From: Calditrichaceae bacterium
Lineage (GTDB): Bacteria > Calditrichota > Calditrichia > Calditrichales > JBFXGD01
DNA length: 13,639 nt
Reading direction: 5' to 3'
Assembly: GCA_050178385.1 (NCBI GenBank)
Contig: JBFXGD010000090.1
Span: forward strand, 1-13,639
In this document: one piece after another, positions 7,488 to 13,639 of the stretch
Position numbering within the stretch: position 1 is the first letter of the stretch
How the letters are laid out: each line of letters starts with the position of its first letter
The notes under the pieces: model-generated
The model's database searches: none
What the model saw: only the letters and a program-made list of their open reading frames with translations
What the model was told of the DNA's origin: nothing
Program-made: the position numbers and the translations under genes

Positions 7488-8333
7488 ATGAAAAACCTTA
7501 TTTGCATCTCCCTGCTTTTTATCACAACCGGCCTCTTTGCTGCGCAGTCGGTTATTGTCCAAGCCGTAGGAACGGCAAGCATGGGCGATACGAAAAGCAA
7601 GAAAGAGACAATGGATGAGGCTAAAGCCAACGCCTTGAGAAACGCGGGCGAAAATGCGGGGATTTATATTTCATCAGAAACGAAGATCAAAAATTATATA
7701 ATGGAAAGCGATCTCGTGGAAGCGTTCTCGAAGGCCGATGTGAAGATCCTGAGCGAAACCGGCGAATGGTTCAGGGATGAATCATTGGGCGACAGCTACA
7801 GGCTGACGATAATGGCTGAAGTTACGCCAAAGGAAATGAAAGAGAAGCCGGGTAGAAACGATATGTCAGATGACCCGAACGCTTTGCTGAAAGTCAGGTT
7901 GTGGACTGAAAAAAATCAGATGGAATTCAAAGCAGGCGAAAAAATTGCTTTGTTTATAAAAGGAAACAAGCCGTTCTTTGCGAGAGTAGTCTATTTTCAG
8001 GTTGACGGAACGCAGGTCCAGTTGCTGCCAAATCCCTTTAGAAAGGACAATTATTTTAACGGTGGTACGGTCTATAATCTGCCTTCGGGAACGGATGGCT
8101 ATGAGCTGACTGTTGAGCCGCCGTTCGGAGCTGAAAAGATCGTATTGTATGCGAGCACCGGCGAACTGGGCGATTTGAAGGTCGAGGATGCGGGAGCCGT
8201 TTATACCGTCGGGGAGAAACCTGAAGATACCGGTATCAAAACAAGAGGAATTAAAATCACGAAAAAAGAGGGCAAAAGCACTCAGGCAGCCGAGTTTGAC
8301 GAGCAGGTTCTGGAGATCAGGACCGGCAGGTAA
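7488..8333 (+). CDS. Secreted protein with an N-terminal FlgT_N/LPP20-like domain and a C-terminal DUF4384 domain
   Basis: Signal peptide MKNLICISLLFITTGLFA. 'AVGTA...EAKANALRNAGENAGIYISSET' is FlgT_N-like. 'FKAGEKI.LFIKGNKPFFARVVY...DG..VQLLPN...LPSG..YELTVEPPFGAEKIVLYAS' is DUF4384. GGAG RBS. Confidence 0.82.
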   Translation: MKNLICISLLFITTGLFAAQSVIVQAVGTASMGDTKSKKETMDEAKANALRNAGENAGIYISSETKIKNYIMESDLVEAFSKADVKILSETGEWFRDESLGDSYRLTIMAEVTPKEMKEKPGRNDMSDDPNALLKVRLWTEKNQMEFKAGEKIALFIKGNKPFFARVVYFQVDGTQVQLLPNPFRKDNYFNGGTVYNLPSGTDGYELTVEPPFGAEKIVLYASTGELGDLKVEDAGAVYTVGEKPEDTGIKTRGIKITKKEGKSTQAAEFDEQVLEIRTGR

Positions 8334-8377
8334 ATGACTGTTCATTCAGATTAATGGTGTAAATCCCGAGGTGAAAA

Positions 8378-11158
8378 GTGCATAGAAAAAGTATTTCAAT
8401 CAAAATATTTTTAGTTTTTATTTTAATTTCCGCTTTCTTTCAGCCTGCTGCCGCGGCGGATTCGCCTGAAGTATTTGTACAGACCGGCCATGCAAATGGA
8501 GTGAAACTAATGGCTGTTTCGCCTGACGGCAGGTTTCTTGTCAGCGCCGAAACACTGGGATATCAAAAGCTATGGGATATATCCAGCGGCAGGGAATTAC
8601 GGACTATTAAGTTTGGCGACACGGTTCACGGATTGGAATTTATTGATACTGAACGTTTTATCATACTGGGCGCTGATAAAGGCGAGATTTTTAATTCCGC
8701 CGGTGAAAAACTTGAGACGCTGTCGTTGCCGGTATTGTCGGCTTACGGGAAAAAATCGGTCACGCCAAATCTCAAATACTTGTGCGTTGATAATTCGCTT
8801 AACGGAAGCGGCGAGATAACTCTTTTTGATATCAAAGATGGCTCCAAAATCCGGCTGCCGGAAGACAGAGACGATTACAGCTCTCCATTGTTGGATTTAG
8901 GATGTGGCTTCTTTGGATTTTTCTACGACAGTTACCGCGATGATAAAAGCGATATCAATCTAATCGGGAATACCGCCTATGTAATTTATGATCAGGAGCT
9001 GAATGTTAGAAAAAGAGGGCTGATAAAAGGCCAAATCTATATAGGGGCCCAGCTGAAAGTCGATAATGATCTAAAGTATGTGTATAAAAACCTTAATTTC
9101 AATGATAATTCCAATATTACAGTATACGATCTGGATACAGGAACTGCTGTAAGGACGCTTCCGGGGAAAAAAGGGGCGCAGTTCGAATTGGTGGAAAATA
9201 AAATTTTTACAAGCATGATCAGGCTTCGCGGAGATGGGGGCAAAAGCGTTTATGATATCGATTTCACCGTCTACGAACTACTCGGTAACGGCGGCTACAA
9301 AGAAAAGAAAATGTTGTTTACAGATCTGAACATTCTAAATCCGTTCAAAATCACACCAAGGGGACAGATCATCCTGAATAAGGCTAGAGATTTGAATAAT
9401 CGGGATTATGCTACGGACCTTGAATTATATGATATCAATGCCGGGAAAGAAGTTCGTAAATTCGGAGTCAAGCCCATTGTGTATCAGCAGGTCGCTTATG
9501 AAAACGGCCGTCTCCTGAATATTGAGAAGAGTTTTCATAGAACCGATAACATTATGAAAGTATGGTATAAATATAATATCTGGAACGCTAAAACAGCAGG
9601 ATTGGAAGTTTTTGAATATTCTCACAGCACGGAGGATGTTTATCAGGATCGAAACAACAAATGGATAATTAGAAATGCGAAAGATTTTTACCGGCAAGTG
9701 CCGGCGGAGTTCTTTGCTGATCCATACGAAGGCAGGTACAAAGAGTATTATGACAGCGCTGTCGGGTATCCGATATTTTTTAAAAGCTCTTCCGGTGATA
9801 TTTTAAATTATAAATTGGATGCTATCTTTGTAGATGCTACTTATATCTCTGTGGAGAGGAAATCGGATAAAACTGAAGTGGCGAGATTTTATGCTTTTTC
9901 AGACGGCGAATGGATCGTAATAACTCCGGAAGGATATTTTAACGCATCCCCGAACGGAGCTAAATATATCAATGTCAGAATTGGGAATCAGGTTTACAGC
10001 ATTGATAATTTTTATGAAAAATTTTATAATCCGCTTTATGTCGCTGCGGTGCTTCAGGGTACTGAAGCAAGACCTGTCGCGGATATCAGAGCGGGCGTCG
10101 CCTTACCTCCGCAGGTGAGAATAATTTCTCCCGAAACGAACGCCGAATTTAAGAGCGAGCAGGTTGCGATCACCATAACGGCAAAAGATATGGGTGGCGG
10201 AATTGACGAGATCAGGCTCTATCATAACGATAAAGCGATAGGTGAAGAAACCAGAGGGGTTAAGCTCACGTCCAAAATCGCGGAAAGCACAAAAACTTAC
10301 AATGTCATGCTCGTTGACGGGATAAATACCTTCAGGGCTGTAGGATTCAGCAGAGACAGGACAGAATCAAATCCATCCGAAATCGTCATAAAACTGCTCG
10401 CGCCTGAAAAAGAGACATCCATGTATGTTCTTTCCGTGGGGATTAACGGTTACAAAAATCCGGCGCTGGATTTAAATTACGCTGAACCTGACGCAAAGGC
10501 TGTGGCTGAGTTTTTCAGGACCGGCGGGACCGGTCTTTTTAAAAAGGTGGTGATCAAAGATGTTTATAACGAACTGGCCACAAAAGAAGGAATTCTGCTA
10601 AAGATGCAGGAGCTGCGGAACACACAACCACAGGATGTTGTATTGATATACCTTGCGGGACACGGGGAGAACGTTAACGAGAACTGGTATTTTATTCCTC
10701 ACGAACTGGTTTATCCTGAAAGGGAAGATGATGTTATAGCAAAAGCCATTTCTTCAGAAGAGCTCACATCAGCCATCAAGAATATCGCGGCGCAGAAAAT
10801 ACTTGTGCTCATCGATGCGTGTAAATCAGGCGCGGTGCTTCTGGCATTCAGGGGATTTGAAGACAGAAAAGCTCTGTCACAATTATCCAGGGCGACCGGG
10901 GTTCATGTGGTAGCAGCCTCTGCAAAAGATCAGTTTGCGGCTGAAGTAAAGGATCTTGGCCACGGGGTATTCACATATACACTGCTTGAAGGCCTCAAAG
11001 GCAAGGCAGCGGGGGCGGGCGAAAACGTAACCGTGAGGAAGCTGATGAGTTATATAGAAGAGCAGCTTCCCGAACTGACTAAAAAATATAGACAGGAAGC
11101 GCAATACCCTGTTGTAGATTCAAGAGGAATGGATTTCCCTCTGGTGCAGGGGAAATAA
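8378..11158 (+). CDS. Secreted WD40/beta-propeller + Ig-like + caspase (peptidase C14) protein
   Basis: Signal peptide ending AAAA|DS. WD40 repeat 'QTGHANGVKLMAVSPDGRFLVSA.....KLWDISSGRELRT', linker 'GEWIVITPEGYFNAS', Ig-like 'PPQVRIISP...AKDMGGGIDEIRLYHN'. C14 domain 'VLSVGINGY...LNYAEPDA' with dyad 'YLAGHG' (H762, nt 10661) and 'IDACKSG' (C815, nt 10820), plus 'GHGVFTYTLLEGL' and 'QYP'. GTG start with a GAGG RBS. Confidence 0.92.
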   Translation: MHRKSISIKIFLVFILISAFFQPAAAADSPEVFVQTGHANGVKLMAVSPDGRFLVSAETLGYQKLWDISSGRELRTIKFGDTVHGLEFIDTERFIILGADKGEIFNSAGEKLETLSLPVLSAYGKKSVTPNLKYLCVDNSLNGSGEITLFDIKDGSKIRLPEDRDDYSSPLLDLGCGFFGFFYDSYRDDKSDINLIGNTAYVIYDQELNVRKRGLIKGQIYIGAQLKVDNDLKYVYKNLNFNDNSNITVYDLDTGTAVRTLPGKKGAQFELVENKIFTSMIRLRGDGGKSVYDIDFTVYELLGNGGYKEKKMLFTDLNILNPFKITPRGQIILNKARDLNNRDYATDLELYDINAGKEVRKFGVKPIVYQQVAYENGRLLNIEKSFHRTDNIMKVWYKYNIWNAKTAGLEVFEYSHSTEDVYQDRNNKWIIRNAKDFYRQVPAEFFADPYEGRYKEYYDSAVGYPIFFKSSSGDILNYKLDAIFVDATYISVERKSDKTEVARFYAFSDGEWIVITPEGYFNASPNGAKYINVRIGNQVYSIDNFYEKFYNPLYVAAVLQGTEARPVADIRAGVALPPQVRIISPETNAEFKSEQVAITITAKDMGGGIDEIRLYHNDKAIGEETRGVKLTSKIAESTKTYNVMLVDGINTFRAVGFSRDRTESNPSEIVIKLLAPEKETSMYVLSVGINGYKNPALDLNYAEPDAKAVAEFFRTGGTGLFKKVVIKDVYNELATKEGILLKMQELRNTQPQDVVLIYLAGHGENVNENWYFIPHELVYPEREDDVIAKAISSEELTSAIKNIAAQKILVLIDACKSGAVLLAFRGFEDRKALSQLSRATGVHVVAASAKDQFAAEVKDLGHGVFTYTLLEGLKGKAAGAGENVTVRKLMSYIEEQLPELTKKYRQEAQYPVVDSRGMDFPLVQGK

Positions 11159-11222
11159 GCGTTGTACGGATTGCGATAATAATTGCAGACGATACTAAAA
11201 AGTGGCAGGACAAAGTTGGGCA

Positions 11223-11455
11223 ACAGTAAGCGGGGTTACTTAATCGCATTAAAAGGTCTTAAAGCATTATACGCAGATGAGATGCCCAAAAGGAGGGAAA
11301 CACTGGTCGAATTGAAAAAATCAACCACCGGTGATAATACAGGCGTAGTGGGATGTATTCTTTCTGATATTACAGGAGCAACTACTGATTATGGTTTTGG
11401 GGAATTCCGGGTGGCAAATTTTGATAGAAGTACTGCTTATTATGGGACACTTTAA
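11223..11455 (+). pseudogene. Internal fragment of an FmdE-family-like gene with frameshifts
   Basis: TVS(G)/GYLIALKGLKALYADEMPKRRETLVELKKSTTGDNTGVVGCILSDITGATTDYGFG, then GIPGGKF in a shifted frame. This resembles the FmdE-like pattern 'CPTVAGAYLM...L..LY..E.P.RG...GV...V...ITGA....GF.G..G.F.R'. The N-terminal H-x-C-P and the C-terminus are absent. Confidence 0.55.
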
Positions 11456-11619
11456 CCAGGATGAGTCGGCGATAGAAAATGCATCTTCTGAAAACATAAA
11501 CACATTATTCGAATAGGATTATGATGAAATTACGTTGTCATGATATGATGCAACTAAGAAGTATTAAGAAAAGCTATCTTGATAGCTGCTATTCCGCATG
11601 GAATTAGCGGGACTAAATT

Positions 11620-12243
11620 ATGAATAAAAATTTGATTTTATCCTGGATCAATATCGGAATTATTTGCGGCTTTTTAGTTAGCATCATTTATCCACTTTTA
11701 CAGTTTATTTCAGATTTAACTCTGGGAGTGGTTCTCGCTGTTTTAATGGGTATCCTGCTCAGCCTGGCTTCCGTCGGCCTGTATTATTTTATTCTTATTT
11801 ATAAGAAAACAATCACCTCTAAAATTGCTGTTTTTTCAAATATTATTGCCGGCGCTCTGCTGACTCAAATGTTTTTAGTCCAGCTTGCGATCAAATCTTC
11901 CAGGCCAATCCTGATTGAAGAATCGAGTAAATGGATATGGCAATCACTGAATCATATTCACTACGGGCTGGATGTTGCCTGGGATGTTTATATATTTTTA
12001 GGAACATTTTTGTTTGCCATAAATATATATACACATCCAAAATTCGGAAAAATTTTTTCTGTTTCCGGAATATTAGTCTCTCTGCTAATGATAATCACAA
12101 ACATATTCTCATTCCCAAATCCACCGTCTGAAGAGTTTATTGATTTTGGGCCGCTCATTGGATTGTGGTATTTAGGAATTACTATAAAAATTGCATTTTC
12201 AAAGAAGTGGATTCATCATCAGATCACGAAAGCGATTGTATAA
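11620..12243 (+). CDS. Hypothetical integral membrane protein (about 6 TM helices)
   Basis: 207-aa ORF with multiple hydrophobic segments and polar motifs 'HYGLDVAWDVY' and 'FPNPP....DFGPLIGLWY'. GGGA RBS. Confidence 0.8.
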   Translation: MNKNLILSWINIGIICGFLVSIIYPLLQFISDLTLGVVLAVLMGILLSLASVGLYYFILIYKKTITSKIAVFSNIIAGALLTQMFLVQLAIKSSRPILIEESSKWIWQSLNHIHYGLDVAWDVYIFLGTFLFAINIYTHPKFGKIFSVSGILVSLLMIITNIFSFPNPPSEEFIDFGPLIGLWYLGITIKIAFSKKWIHHQITKAIV

Positions 12244-12310
12244 TCAATCAATCTGCCCGAATGCCTATTGGTGGCATTTTTTGAGTTTGGTGGTGATTAA
12301 AATGTATAAA
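12238..12310 (+). other. Weak, highly degenerate attC-like site after the membrane protein gene
   Basis: The TAA stop lies in R''-like GTATAAT (12238-12244). AATCAATC (12246-12253) pairs with GGTGATT (12292-12298), the inner stem is AATGCC/GGCATT (12260-12278), and R'-like GTATAAA is at 12304-12310. Confidence 0.38.
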
Positions 12311-12963
12311 TTGAATTTACTTTGGTTGATAGAAATTAATATATCAGATTCCAGAAAAAAGCTGCATCTTTTGAAAGATTTTCCTGCTTGCCTGTTTACA
12401 GTAGTTAAAGAATGACCACTTTAAACTATATTTGGTATAAACCGATCTGACGTATGTCTTCATAAAGATTTCGGGCAAATGCAGGTTTACTTTCAAGCAG
12501 AATTTACATTGCCAAAAAACGGAATCATTTTGGGTTAAAATTTTTTTCATTGTTCTCTAAAAGCCCCTTTTGTTTTTGATCGCTTATGATAGACAGAACA
12601 TAGGCAGAACTATTCTTAAACAAGATTAATCAAACGACATCATATCTAACCGGAAAATAAACAAGTGACCGTAAGATAAAAATAAGAAAGCCCTGAATGA
12701 TACAGGTAATAATGATTTTGAAGCTGAAGACCAACCCCGGGCCGGGTCAAAACCTGATGCATAGGGAAAGTGTCAGGCGGCATAAAATCGTATTTAAGAT
12801 TCTGGGAATCTCTTTTGGAGTTCACGTAATCTATGTAATTTTTCCGGACGGAATGTTTTTGATCTGTTTTGTTGTTATTAGTTCTACTTTAAATGATTTA
12901 AGCAATGCATGAACTTTTGTTGATGATAGTTGAAATAAATATGGTAAAATAGGGGGAATAAAG

Positions 12964-13410
12964 TTGAATAATTCATCTCAATCAGATCAGGGACGTAGGT
13001 TATTAAAATATGGTGTATTGTTGTTTTTGTTAGGATTACTAACCGGATTTGTAATACCCGCGATGCAAAATCCACGGATGGGACTTTCAAGTCATCTGGA
13101 AGCGGTAATGAACGGTATGTTTTTGATATTGTTAGGTATTGTCTGGCCCAGACTGCGTCTCTCAGACGGTATGTTTAAATGGGCTTTCCTCCTTGCTCTT
13201 TTTGGTACCTATACGAACTGGATGACCACCTTGCTGGCGGCAATATGGGGTGCGGGCGCGGACATGATGCCCATCGCCGGAGGCGGTTTTTATGGAGTCG
13301 CCTGGCAGGAAGCACTGATTAAATTTGGTTTAATCTCCTTGTCATTGGCAATGATCATCGTAAGTGGCTTGTCATTTTGGGGGCTAAGAGGAAGCGCTTC
13401 AAACAGCTAA
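12964..13410 (+). CDS. 4-TM membrane protein of the styrene-oxide isomerase (StyC)-like family
   Basis: 'GVLLFLLGLLTG...NPRMGLSSHLEAVMNG' has the H-x5-NG pattern of StyC (AHSGPALNG). TTG start with an AGGGGG RBS. Confidence 0.7.
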   Translation: MNNSSQSDQGRRLLKYGVLLFLLGLLTGFVIPAMQNPRMGLSSHLEAVMNGMFLILLGIVWPRLRLSDGMFKWAFLLALFGTYTNWMTTLLAAIWGAGADMMPIAGGGFYGVAWQEALIKFGLISLSLAMIIVSGLSFWGLRGSASNS

Positions 13411-13574
13411 GATATGCAAATTCGCCCGTTTGTTTTCAGGCTATTTAAAGGACAAAATTAATTAGAAAATTTGTCGGATATATCATAATTTTACTAAATA
13501 GAGGTAAATGCCATAATTTAAATGAAGATCGCTACCTGAATGGCACACTTCAATTCAAATTTCAGAATCAAATA

Positions 13575-13595
13575 ATGTGAATTATATAATCACAT
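13575..13595. promoter_or_regulatory. Operator-like palindrome upstream of the last CDS
   Basis: ATGTGA[A]TTATATAATCACAT is a perfect 20-bp palindrome once one A is removed. It contains TATAAT and abuts the RBS. Confidence 0.5.
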
Positions 13596-13609
13596 AAGGG
13601 AGGTGGGAG

Positions 13610-13639
13610 ATGAAAAAAGGTGATAAGCCGGTTGTCGTG
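13610..13639 (+). CDS. 5' end of a CDS truncated by the window edge (MKKGDKPVVV...)
   Basis: Strong RBS GGGAGGT followed by ATG 13610; the frame is open to the window end. Too short to assign a product. Confidence 0.6.
   Translation, partial: MKKGDKPVVV

Noticed and set aside
11574..11609. Small palindromes GCTATCTTGATAGC and GCTATTCC-GCAT-GGAATTAGC
   Set aside because: Short, with no U-tract and no convincing R''/R' boxes; function cannot be assigned.
12191..12912. ORFs 12191-12415, 12344-12550 and 12697-12912
   Set aside because: Short, no recognisable motifs, weak RBS; probably non-coding or unrecognisably decayed.
13508..13546. TGCCAT...CTACCTGAATGGCAC as a possible IS/MITE terminal repeat
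   Set aside because: Only a 6-bp match and no convincing partner end or transposase in the window.
1..13639. Integron integrase, CRISPR array, tRNA/rRNA
   Set aside because: No tyrosine-recombinase ORF on either strand, no regularly spaced direct repeats, and no structural RNA gene recognised.

Overview
Bacterial accessory region in which every credible gene lies on the + strand. The left half (~730-7270) looks like a decaying integron gene-cassette array with no integrase in the window (CALIN-like). Unrelated genes (GNAT acetyltransferase, transglutaminase-like protein, DUF3788 pseudogene, sulfotransferase-family protein, divergent cysteine synthase, atypical SDR, DUF1579-like protein, nhaA) are interspersed with at least five attC-like imperfect inverted repeats, most with mutated AAC/GTT cores. 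The DUF1579-like cassette has a compensated non-canonical GTC/GAC core. Right after the last clear attC are a near-consensus sigma70 promoter with an operator-like palindrome and a dead HigB-toxin 5' remnant. Next comes a two-gene operon of predicted secreted proteins: an FlgT_N-like/DUF4384 protein and a WD40-Ig-caspase (peptidase C14, intact His-Cys dyad). Both share a TRG[IV]K[IL]TxK motif, a candidate Arg-cleavage or docking site. The right end holds an FmdE-like pseudogene fragment, a membrane protein with a weak attC, a styrene-oxide-isomerase-like membrane protein and a truncated CDS. All family calls come from recognising motifs by eye, not from database searches.
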